The position numbers and the translations under genes are program-made. Below are positions 25,461 to 36,853 of a stretch of DNA of 64,000 bases, piece after piece (the stretch's first letter is position 1; every line of letters starts with the position of its first letter). The stretch lies in contig JAVKOQ020000023.1 in NCBI GenBank assembly GCA_031835245.2, positions 1 to 64,000 of the forward strand, written 5' to 3'. The notes below the pieces were generated by a model. It had not been told where the DNA came from, ran no database searches, and was given only the letters and a program-made list of their open reading frames with translations. The stretch is from Balamuthia mandrillaris. Its lineage: Eukaryota.

Positions 25461-25559
25461 ATTTGCATTGTGGAAATTCTATTATGCTGATGTCATACAT
25501 TCCACGAAATTATTTACATTGTTGAAATTCTTTTTGCTGATGTCATACACTCCGCGAAA
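25461..25559. repeat. Two ~49-bp direct repeats in the NDUFS4/SMPDL bidirectional promoter
   Basis: ATTTRCATTGTKGAAATTCT...TGCTGATGTCATACAYTCCRCGAAA at 25461 and 25512. Confidence 0.85.
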
Positions 25560-25616
25560 GGAAAACATTAAAACAAAAAGAAATTTAAGTAGTAACGGAG
25601 TAGAGAGGGAGAGAAG

Positions 25617-28187
25617 ATGACGAGCTCTGGTCGGTTCCACCACGTCCACCAGGATGGAGGCCTTGCCCAGGAGGGCGTTCCGCTCCTGCGCAGCGGGTTA
25701 CAGGAGGAGGACCTCCCTTCCTCCCTCTCCGCCTCCGATCTGGAGGACTCTGCCTCCACCGCAGCACACAGACGACGCGCTCTCCCACAGCAGCAGCAAC
25801 AGCAGCAGCGGCAAGGCAGCAAGAAGAGAACATGCAAAGTCATCGTGGGGGCTTCTGTGATGGCGCTCGTGTTCATCATCGCTCTTGGCGGGGTGGCGCT
25901 CACCCTCTCCTTCTTTCTCACCAGCACCCATGGCAAACACGAGGCCGAGCAGCTGGGCTACTTTCTGCACATCTCTGACATTCACTACGACCCCCTCTAC
26001 GACGCAAACTACAATGCTACCCACTGGTGTCGTGAGCCCACTTATCGTCTCATGAATCCCACCGCAAATAATATTTCCTCTGCTGCCACAGACGCGAATG
26101 AAAGATACTCGTTTGGGCGTTATGGATGCGACCCTCCATTCAAACTCGTCCTCTCAGCGTATGTTCTTACTTTCCTCTTTCCTTCTCTCTGTCTCTGTCT
26201 CTGTCTCCTGTCTCTGTCTCTGTCTCTGTCTCTGTCTCTGTCTCTGTCTCTGTCTCTGTCTCTGTCTCTGTCTCTGTCTCTGTCTCTGTCTCTGTCTCTG
26301 TCTCTGTCTCTGTCTCTGTCTCTGTCTCTGTCTCTGTCTCTGTCTCTGTCTCTGTCTCTGTCTCTGTCTCTGTCTCTGTCTCTGTCTCTGTCTCTGTCTC
26401 TGTCTCTCTGTCTCTGTCTCTGTCTCTGTCTCTGTCTCTGTCTCTGTCTCTGTCTCTGTCTCTGTCTCTGTCTCTGTCTCTGTCTCTGTCTCTGTCTCTG
26501 TCTCTGTCTCTGTCTCTGTCTCTGTCTCTGTCTCTGTCTCTGTCTCTCTTTTTCTCTTTTGTTTAACGCTTGCTCTCTCAGCCTTGAAGGTATGGTTGCT
26601 GTACATCACAGTCCGGACTTTGTGCTCATGTATGTAATCTGTTATTTGTTGGTCCTCTCCGTTCATGTTCCTCCTTCAATGCTCTCCCTTACTCTGGATT
26701 GCTCCCTTCAGAACGGGAGACAACAATGGGCACTATCTCCCAAAAGAGCAGCTGGCAAAGGAAACCTTGACTAACGTCACTAACGCCATCATGAAAGCCT
26801 TTCCAAACACAACTGTGCTTCCCGTTCTTGGCAACAACGATCTCTGGCCTGACTATTACATACCCTATGGACCCAGCGACTGGATGGACTGGCTAACTTC
26901 CCTCTGGTCTCCCTGGTTGAATGGTTTCTGCCCTCTTCCGCTTTTTGCTTATTGCAACCTGGTTCCACAAGTCTAATTTTACGTGCACCTGCCCCCAAGA
27001 GGAACAACAAAAAACATTTCGCAATGGGGGCTACTACAGCGCTGACATCAAGGGAGGAAAGCTCAAAGTCATCGCTCTGAACTCCATCCTTTACTCCGTG
27101 GAGCATATCCCCAACATTACCGCCACAATCAGTGAACCATCTCCTCTCCGCAAACTCCCCGAGGATCCCAACCAGCAATTCCAATGGCTCTCTGATCAGC
27201 TCGCTCTTGCTCGTAGCAACCAGCAAGCGTACCTTTCTTCCCGTCACTCTTTGTTGTTCTTTTCATTGACTCGCTTGCTTTATTATTATTTTTGGTTTGT
27301 TCACACATTCGTGATTTATTGCAGGGTATATATTGCTGGTCATATCCCTTATGGTGTGAACGAGTATGATGACAAACCTGCCTGGTATCAACCCTACGAA
27401 GATCGTTACTTGTCGCTCGTTACCGAGGTGATTTCTATTCTCTCTACTCTTTACTCTCTGCTCTGCTAAACATCATCCTACTACAGTACGCAGATGTCAT
27501 TCGCAACCAATTATTTGCACACTATCACACGGACAACTTCAGAGTCAATATCGCTGCCAAGAATGCCACCCCGCCCCAACCTTCCATCTCTCTCATGTCT
27601 TCCATCTCACCAGCACACTTCAACAATCCTAGCTTCCGTCTATACAGCTATTCTCGCTCATCCTCTCAGATAGTGGACTACATTCATTACTACGCCGATC
27701 TTCATGATGCCAACATCTTGAAGAAGGCAGAATGGGTTCCAGAATATCGTTTTAGGGAGGCCTACAATGTAACTAATCTTCTTCCTTTTCTTTCTGTCCT
27801 TCCTCTGTCTTCAATCGTTCTTCCTTGCTTATGATCCTTTCTTTCTTCTGTGTCTTGTTTCTGTCTTGTTGACTCTCCCTTACTCATTTTATTTTTTACC
27901 ACATGTAGGCAACAGCGGTGACCACGGAGAACTACTTGCAAATCTACGATACATTCCACCTCAACTCAAAGAGCTATCGACAGTACATGAACTACTTGTA
28001 CACCAACTATCAGATCTTCCGGTCTGAGACATACTGCGCCATAGGGCACTTGAGCGTGGAGGACTACAGCAAGTGCCTCAAAGAAAATGCTGATGACCTA
28101 CTCGCGATCAACCGGGTTGAAACGTTGGCAGAGAGAAAGCGCTTCATTGCCCAGAGAAAGAGAATGCTGCGTGAACTCATGGCATAA
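25617..28187 (+). CDS. SMPDL3: Acid sphingomyelinase-like phosphodiesterase / endopolyphosphatase (metallophosphoesterase), type II membrane protein
   Basis: TM segment; FLHISDIHYDPLY; FGRYGCDPP; TGD; VLGNND; IAGHIP; HYHTDNF; SISP..NNPSFRLY. Confidence 0.88.
26185..26546. repeat. (TCTCTG)n hexanucleotide array of about 360 bp in an SMPDL intron
   Basis: Direct reading, with one phase slip near 26405. Confidence 0.97.
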
Positions 28188-28342
28188 AGAAAACACAAAA
28201 CACGTATCCCCGCCTTGCGGAGAGCGAAGAAGGATGAGAACAGAAAAGCAAGAAGCAAAAGTAAGAGAAAAGAAGAAGGACAAGAGGACGCAACGAATTA
28301 GAATAGAGGAAAGGATGAAAGGAACAAAGAGAGAACGCAGTT

Positions 28343-29350
28343 TTAGCTGGATTCCTGGATAAACTTTAGGATCTGCGCTGTAAGTTGGTCCTTACCCTCG
28401 TCGCCTATGGCATCCACAACAGCGTAATGGGATCCAGAGCACTCTCCCATCTGAACAGGAATGCCCAGTTGCTGCAAGTGCTCTCGAAAGCGTGTGGTCT
28501 GGTTGATGGGACAGAGCTCATCCTCCTCCGAGTGGAAGAGCAGCCATGGCACACTCACTGGCACCCCTCCTTCGGTTTTGTGGGAGGGACAGTGTTGAGG
28601 AGAGGCATCCTTCCATTTGCTCTCCTCTCCAAACGCAAAGATGGTGAACAGCTGAAACGAGATGGCAAAAGAAGATCAGGTTAAACCTCCTCTTTCACGA
28701 TGAAGCAAAGGGGAAGTGGTGTACCTCTTTGTAGGTTGGGCATTCTTGGTTGAGAAGAACGAGGTCGTAGATGCCAGAAGCACCAACGATGCCACGCAGC
28801 GAGGAGGCAGCCGACTCCCCAAACTGGGAGAGGTAGGATGGGTCGAGGGCTAACAGCCCGCTCATGTGAGCGCCTGCGCTGTGTCCAAACAAAAAGATTC
28901 GTTGAGGATCGTATCCATACGTTTGGGCATTCGTTTTCAACCTTTGAGATCCAAAAGATTAGCTTTTTGTGATGAAGAAATCAAAAAAAAAAAACGAGTA
29001 GTGGGATTAGGTTCTGTGAGAAAGACTCACCAATGAACGGCTGCTGCTACATCGTTCGTGTGCACAGGATGGACAGTGGAGGAGCGACGCTTGGGAGAGA
29101 GGGTGTAGTCGATGACAGCGACGGCGATCCCCTTGGAGGCAAAGCAGCGGCCAATGTGGCCGTAGGCGTCTTTGCTTCGGTCAACCCATGCCCCACCGTG
29201 AATGTAGACTAGCAGAGGGGGAGGTTTGCCGTACGTATCGGAAGGGAGGTAGAGGTCCAGCCTCTGCTGTGCGTTGGCTGGGTCCCTGTACCCAACATTC
29301 TGGACCCGCTCGCACTCCCTCCCATTACCGCTCCCTTCTTCTTGCTGCAT
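28343..29350 (-). CDS. Alpha/beta hydrolase (HSL/kynurenine formamidase-like), 3 exons
   Basis: LDLYLP; VYIHGGAW; RIFLFGHSAGAH; SGIYDL; C-terminal D and H (HSEEDEL, GSHY). Confidence 0.88.
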
Positions 29351-29551
29351 GATTTGGTTGCTGTCTCGTATCTTCTCTCCTATCCTCTGCGGTCTCTTAT
29401 CTCCTCTCCTGTCCTGGCTCGTATCTTCTCTTCATCTGGGCTCACGTCCCTCTCTCTCTCTCTCTCTCTCTCTTTGCTCGCTCGCTCTCTCGCTCTCTCT
29501 TTCTCTCTCTCTCTCTCTCTCATTGCTCGCTCTTTCTGTAAGAAAAAAAGT

Positions 29552-29967
29552 TTATGTGGCGGTGTGCCGAGCGTTCTCTTCCAGTTTTCGTAGTTGCTCC
29601 TTTTGCTCGGCGCTCAAAGACTGAACGTGCTCCTGTACAAGAAATGAACGCCAAAAAAAAAATAAACACAACAAGAAATAAAAGAAGGAGGAGCACACTG
29701 AAAGGAGCGTACCTCACTGAGATCTGCTCCTATGTCCCGCTGGCTACGAAGCGTGACCAGGTAGTCCTTCCACGTGCCGAGAAACTGGGCGGCATGATGA
29801 GGGGTGGCGTTGCGGTGCAGCCGGAACTCCTCCTTGACGTAAGCATCGCCTACCATGCGCATCTCATAGGGCAGCCTCTTCTTGTGCGTCCGCAAAATAG
29901 AGCGGTAGAGCGAGAGAACCGCCCTCTTGTGTTCATTGATGGCGTTGGCTCCGCTTCTTGTTGCCAT
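29552..29967 (-). CDS. SDHAF3: Succinate dehydrogenase assembly factor 3 (ACN9, LYR family), 2 exons
   Basis: LYRSILRTH..LP.EMRMVGDAYVKEEFRLH...FL..WKDY...GADL...LS.EQKEQL. Confidence 0.9.
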
Positions 29968-30441
29968 TTTGTTTCTTTCTTCGCATCGTACCATGTCGTC
30001 ACGGCGTTGCTGTTATCGTGTCGACGGGTCAAAACAAAATGCCATGATCACAGACCCCTCATTTCGCTGTCGACACGTTTCCTCATTTGCGAATGTGAAA
30101 TTTGGATGAAACGAAGATGGGTTGACTAAACAGGAAAAGCAAATCTTTGGTGTGATGCCTTTCGGTTCACCAAAAAACCGGTTTGACGACAGTGGCAGTG
30201 TATTTTTTTGGTGTTGTCTGTCTGTTATTTGGGTGGAGACAAGAGTGACCGGGCCCTGGTTGACGCGTGGACCGGGAGGATTGGAATAGGGTTGACGGAG
30301 GGGAAGGAGCTGTTTAAGCGGGTTTGTGAAACGGTTTCTCCCTACAGTCTTTCTTTGCTGCGTTTCTCTCTAACGATAATCCTTTTTTTTTTGTTTTTTT
30401 TTGGTGTGTCTTCCCACTAGACGAGCTTTGTCGTTCCAACC

Positions 30442-30571
30442 ATGAGCTTGAAAGTTCACGTCATCAAAGGCGAGAATTTGCCTGCCAACAAAAAACGAAG
30501 TACTGCCACTGCTCTTTAATGACTCCAATCCATTGCCATGCCTGACGTTGTTTCTCTCTGCTTCTCTCCCT

Positions 30572-30613
<42 letters not shown>

Positions 30614-32315
30614 TTCTCTCGCGTTTTCGCCACACGTAGTTCGGGGTATGCAGCCCTATGTTGTACTCACTCTTGGAGGACAGAACGAGAAGACCCTGCC
30701 CATTAAATGCAAGAGAGACGTTCGTGTACCCTTCCAAATGTCTTCTCCGCTGCTTCTAAACTGATTCCTCTAATTGCAGAACGTGAGCCCCGAATGGTCG
30801 GAACGGTTTGAGTTTCGCTTGAAAGAAGGGTCAAAACAAACTCTCGAGCTGGAAGTAAGAGACCGTGACAGGTTGGCCTCTGAACACGTGCTCCTCGGCA
30901 AAGTATCCCTAACTATCCAGGACCTTGCTCTTCCGCCAAACGAAGAGGTCGTGCAATGGTACCCCCTGAAAGATGCAGCTAAAGGACGCATTCAACTCGG
31001 TCTTAGGGCCAGCCTCTCCCCTTCCTCTAGCAACAACAACGCGGAGAGAGTTCGCTCGACTTCCTATCCACAGATGCCAGTTGCTCAGCCTTCCTTTCCA
31101 CCACCACCCGCAGCCTCTCGATCAGCCACACAGCTTCACGCCGGACCTGCTTTTGGTCCACCAAGTGGACCAACCGCTACTCCGCCCGCTGCCACCACTT
31201 CTCCTCCAGGCTCCGGTAGTGCACCTGGATCCAACAACCCGTTTGGTGGGGGGCCGTATCCTTATCCCCCACAGATGATGGCCTACCCTCCGCCAACTGG
31301 TCAAATGCTTCCGCAGTCTAGTGGACTCCCCAGCAATGGAGCCCCAGTCCCTCAGCAACCCCAACCACAAGCGCAAGGATGGGGACCGTACCCATACCCT
31401 CCAGTTCAACTGCAACAACAAGGCGGAGGGCAACCCTACGCATGGGGTCCTTATTCATATCCACCACCAGCAACTGCTGGTCTTGGTCAACAACAATATC
31501 CTCCAATGGCAACCTATCCTCCTCCTGCTGGAGCATATCCACAAGGTGGAGACCAACAACGTCCCCCCATGCCCTCCCATCCCCCTCCTCAAGAAGAGGA
31601 AGAACCGGAAGCAGGTGGCGGCGGGGGAGATTCATCACAAACAAAGAGTAGGCTGAGAAGAATCGGCAAAGCGCTTGGCAAAGCTGGCAAGGGCGCCGCC
31701 AAGAACACCACCCAGTATTACAGCAACGGGCGGTGGGTGTGGGTGGCTGGACGCGGATGGGTCTGGCAAGGACCAACGGTTGCCCAGCTGCAAGCGGCCA
31801 ACGCTAGGGAACAGGCCCAGAAACAACGGATGCAAATGATGCAAGCCCAAGGGGCAGGAGGAGGTTACCGTGGTGCTCCGAGAGGTGCGTATCGAGGAGG
31901 AGGAAGAGGAAGAGGAAGAGGAGGAGCGGGAGGACGCGGTGTATACATGGGAGGACCTGCCTTTTATGGAGGAAGAGGGGGAGGTGGACGTGGGGGTGGG
32001 GGTGGAGGCGACGGCGGAGAAGATGGGGGACAGGGTGGTTGGGAGGAAGGTGGAGCCGAGGGATGGGAAGGAGGCTATGACGAAGGAGGATTCGAGGGAT
32101 TCGAGGGAGGATTCGAGGGAGGTTTTGACGAAGGAGGCTTCGAAGGGTTCGACGCCGGTGGTTTCGACATGGGCGGCTTTGATGCAGGGGGCTTCGACAT
32201 GGGCGGCTTTGATGCAGGGGGCTTCGACATGGGCGGCTTCGACGCCGGGGGATTCGACATGGGCGGCTTTGACATGGGCGGCTTCGATGCAGGAAGTTTT
32301 GGTGGTGGTTATTGA
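30442..32315 (+). CDS. C2-domain protein with a Pro/Gln/Tyr-rich linker, RGG region and GFDA/GFDM repeat tail
   Basis: MSLKVHVIKGENLP; SPYVVL; PEWSERFEF...LELEVRDRD...LLGKVSL...WYPL..GRIQL; low-complexity C-terminus. Confidence 0.85.
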
Positions 32316-32389
32316 TGTGCTGTGAATAGAGGTTAACTTATTATTTTCTCTCTTGAAAGACCCTTTTGTTTGTGTACTTTTTTTTTGTT

Positions 32390-35300
32390 TTACAACTTAG
32401 CGGCTTGCTTGTTCTTGTTGGCAAAGGCTTCCTGCCAGACCTTGCCAGTGAGCAAGGGCTTGAGGTACTCCTGGTAGCCGGGCGGCTGATGGTGAGCATT
32501 CAGCGGGTTCTCTTTGGCCCAGTGGAAGAGGTGCTCGTAGACATCACCGTCTTTCCTGCCGAGAGAGGAGTTGAGAGCGTAGTCGCTAAAGCCGAAGGCA
32601 TCCACCAAAGGCACAGCCTGCGGACGGATCTCCTGAAGGAGCTCCTGAACAAGCGGGCTGACCCACTTGGCCTGCTCAGGGGTCAAGTAGCCGCTCTCCA
32701 AGAAGGTGCCAATGTCCTGCTCCATGTAGTACAGCGCAAACAAGGAGCAGAGCTTGGCGAGGATAGCGCGGATGGAAGGGTTGACCACAATCTTGCCGCT
32801 TTCCATATCTTTGAGGGCATTGACGAAATGGAGGACCATAGTGTAGAAGCAATGGGCCTTGACCATTTTCACCAGGTCGATTTGGAGGAGGTTGATGAGC
32901 TGTGGTTGGGTCATGGTGGGATGGCGTTGCTTCAGGGCGTGCATCCTCTTGCCGACCTCGGTGACGAGGGAGCGGGCGCGCACGCCATAGGCATGCAAGT
33001 AGAGGTCCAGGGAGAGAAGGTCCTGTGGCTTGCGTGCAGGGCAATTGCCTTCCAGCTGCCGGTTGCTGAGGTAGGTCACCGAGCCGTAAAGCTCCTCTCC
33101 CTTCATGGCCTTTTGCAAGCTCTTGAGCAGGAACCTGGCTGTCTGCAGGGACATCACCACGTTATCTCCCTCGTAGGTACAAGCCGGTACGTAGTTGACA
33201 AACAGATCGGAGAGAGCGGCGAACTTGCTATAGCCGTGACCTCCGCAACACTTGCGGCACTCCTCAATGCCGCTGCTGGTAATCCAGGTAGTGTAGGCCT
33301 TGAGCCCAGCGCTAGTGGCGTGGACCTCGGGCAGGGCGCTGGCATCCTGGGACTTGATGTCCTCCAGGAGGCGTTCGTAGAGGTTGGCCATGTATCTGCC
33401 CGTAAAGTGGAAGGCAAACGCAGTGGCCAGCAATGGGAGCAGCCTGTACTGCTGCATCGGGTAGTCCAATACAGCCTTTTCTGGTTGTCCTATTAATGTG
33501 TGATTTCGTTTCTATTTAGAAGCTGAAAAAGAACGCAACAACTAAAAAGAAATACCTTCGACGTCAGAAAATTGACAACGGACAGCGCCATAACGAATGG
33601 CGATGGTGCAAGCTTTAGCCAGTGTAGTAGAGGCAGTAGCAACGATTCCTGCACGAATACGAATCATAGTGGCGTAACTGTTGGGAGAAGGTTACAATAA
33701 CGAAAGGCAGGGAATGGGTAAAGAGAAAAGGGTGTAGCTTACCCAATCTTGGACAAGCTTTTAGGAGGAGCAGTGTAAACTCCTTCAGGGCTCACTTGTT
33801 GGTACCGCATCAACATGTTCTCGCGTGGGATACGAACGTGGTTGAAAAGGAGGAAACCATTATCTGTTGGAGGTGTTAGTGACACGCAATTTTGAAGTTA
33901 TATGACGAAGAGAATACCTTGTGTGTCATAACCAAACTTGGGGCCAATGTCACCAACAGTAATTCCTGGAAGGGGAGAGTGGTCCTCCAAGCTACGAATC
34001 TGAACTACAAAGGTATGGACGCCATAGTCCTTGCCATTGAGCAACAAGCGGGCGTGAGTGACACAATGAGTTGAAGTAAGACCCAGACCACCTGTTTTGC
34101 CAAGGATGGAGTAAGAACAAAAGGAGAGACCGGAGAGACTGAGAGGGAGCGAGAGGAAAGGAAGAAAAATAAGGAAGAGGAGAGAGACCTGGCCACCATT
34201 TGGCAGCAGTGATTGTGGGGCTGTGCAATACAAACTCTTGTGTCTCTTTGTCGTAGGTGGCGGTCGTCTCCAAACTGAATAAAGCGTTGGTTAGACCTCA
34301 CTCATTCGCGGCGCTTCTGTGATTTTAAAACTGGGAAAGCACAAACCCTCTCACGTTAGACCCATGACCCAGTTCCGTCTGTGCATAACATCCTGTTTGT
34401 AAGAATGACCTTAAAAACACGCTTGCACAAGACCAAGTAGACGAGAATAAAGGGAGAGGAGAGGAGAGGAGAGGAGAGGAGAGGAGAGGAGAGGAGAGGA
34501 GAGGAGAGAGGAGAGGGAGAGGAGAGGAGAGGAGAGGAGGAAGAGGAGAGAGGAGAGGAGGGAGAGAGAGGAGAGAGGAGAGGAGAGGAGAGAGGAGAGG
34601 GGAGAGGAGAGGAGAGGAGAGAGGGAGAGGAGAGGAGAGGAGAGAGGAGAGGGAGAGGAAGGAGGAGAGGAGAGGAGAGAAGAGGAGAGGGAGAGAGAGA
34701 GGAGAGGAGAGAGGGAGAGAGGAAGGAGAGGAGGAGAGAGGAGGAGAGGAGAGAGGGGAGGAGAGAGGAGAGGAGAGGAGAGGAGAGAGGAGAGGGAGAG
34801 GGAGGAGAGGGAGAGGGAGAGAGGAGAGGAGAGGAGAGGAAGAGGAGAGGGAGAGGGAGGAGAGGAGAGGAGAGGAGAGGAGAGCGGAGAGAGGAGAGCA
34901 GGGAGAGCAGAGCAGAGCAGAGCAGAGCAGAGCAGAGCAGAGAATGAGAGCAAGTACCAATGATGGAGAACGTTTTAGCCAAAGAAAGCCACTTTTCTCT
35001 CTGTTCATCAGTGCCTTGTCCGTACAACGTAGGTATGAACATAACGCCATGCAAGCCAACTGTTGAAGAAGGAACACAGAAACAGAAGGAGGTAAGCACT
35101 GCAAGATGGAAAAGAATGGCAAAAAATAACAACACCCACTTGGTAGTTCCTCGCCGACGGCCTCAAAGAAAATGCGAGCCTCCTCCTCTCCCCATCCGCT
35201 CTGCAACAAGATGATAAGGCTGCGAACGACCTTCTGCAGGACCCGTTTGTAGTACTCCGGGCGAGAGAGGAAGTACTTGTCCCTCTTGCTCAAGATGGGG

Positions 35301-35464
35301 TCGTTGGCGGCCGCCTCCTGGATCCGCTCCTTGAACTCGGTTTTCTCCTTGCCGCCATGGTACAAGTAGGTCAGCTCGCGCACCGGGAAGGAGGCCTTCT
35401 GTCGTTCCCTCTCCAAGAGGGCCTTGCCCTGTTCGCTACTCTTTTTGGCCAGCTCGCTACTCAT
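32390..35464 (-). CDS. ACOX1: Peroxisomal acyl-CoA oxidase, multi-exon
   Basis: [65 protein letters not shown]1 AKL*. Confidence 0.96.
34452..34945. repeat. (GAGAG)n/(GCAGA)n degenerate purine array of about 490 bp in an ACOX intron
   Basis: Direct reading. It is (CTCTC)n on the sense strand. Confidence 0.96.
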
Positions 35465-35796
35465 TGTTGTATGGCTTTTTGCTTCTTCTTTCCCCCAACC
35501 AAGAATAAAAAAAAGCAAGTCAAAAGCGCTTTGGCGATTCGGTGACCCTGAGGGTCGTTTTCATTTAAAATCGGCCGAGGAGAAAAATGAAATGTTCCGG
35601 AAGAACAGGACGTGAGGTCTGCTCGTGCGGTATTTGTGTTCACGTGCAGCTAAATGAAATTAGGCATATTTTGACTCCTCAGAAAAGGTGCGTAAAGGAG
35701 CAGACCCCTCATAAAATCAAGGAGACCCCTCATAACCGCTGCATGAGCATGTGAAGTGGGGGAATTACGAGGAGTCTTTTATTTCGAAATTCTCGT

Positions 35797-36614
35797 ATGC
35801 TGATATTGAGGAGTCGTTTTTTACGGGCAAAGCCCAACAACAAGCGGATGCACGGATGCATTAGAAAGCTCGCGCAGGGCTCTTTGCCAAGAACGAGTCT
35901 GTTTGGACCCACCTCCTCTGCAGCAAGCCAAATTGCCTCTCTTCTTTCCTCCTCATCCAAGTATGGTAACAGTTGCAAACGCCTCATCTCTCATCATCGT
36001 TTCTTTCTTAACTGTTGCTAAAAACAAACAAAGGAACTACGTTAACAGGCACTAGGCTTGATCCTACACAAGAACGACCGTTGCAGGTTGGCGATTTTGC
36101 TGAGCTGTGCAAGACGTTTGGGGAGGAGGAAGTGCGCCAGTTTTCGTCTCTTTCGGAAGATGTCAATCCAGTTCACCTCGACGCTGCATACGCCGCCAAC
36201 ACTCGGTTCAAACGAAAGATCGTTCATGGTAAAACTTTGTGAGCGCTCTCTGCTCTGCGCGCTTCTCACAGCAGAAACACCCATGCAGGAATGTTGAGTG
36301 CCTCGTTGCTCTCGGCCATTTTAGGGACAAAGCTGCCAGGGAAAGGCTCCATCTACATGTCTCAGAGCTTGCATTTCCGCGCCCCCTTGTTCGTCGGAGA
36401 GCAGGTTCGAGCCAGAGTGGAAGTGACGGCAGTACATGACACAAAACCGGTGGTCACCTTCTTGACCCAATGCTTCAACGAAAGGGACGAATGTTGCATT
36501 GACGGAGAGGCCCAGGTTTATGTTCCTCACATGAGGGGCCGCGCCTTGCGGAGAAAGAGAGAACAGCAGCAACAACACGGCGAGCATGTTGAGCGTGAAA
36601 CACCCAGCAGTTGA
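35797..36614 (+). CDS. MaoC-family (R)-hydratase / hydroxyacyl-thioester dehydratase (HTD2-like), 3 exons
   Basis: FSSLSEDVNPVHLDAAYA...IVHG, intron, MLSASLLSAILGTKLPGKGSIYMSQSLHFRAPLFVGE; basic presequence. Confidence 0.88.
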
Positions 36615-36853
36615 GATACCCGCGGGTTTGAATGCAGCGAGGAGAGCGGAGAGCAGAGAGCAGAGAGCAGAGAACAAAGAGCAGAATTCTGAACAAATCA
36701 AGCACATAGCTTACAAACTTAATACTAACATAACCACAGTAACAAAACAAAGCGCCAAACAATACTGGCGAAAACAATATTATGCATAGAGCGACCTGTT
36801 TTCGTCTTTTGAGCTCCCTTCCCTCTGTTCGAGATATGATGAAGAGCTTCACT

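Noticed and set aside
32366..33496. 376-aa plus-strand ORF (also 10780-11826)
   Set aside because: These are antisense shadows of GC-rich ACOX and TACC coding sequence.
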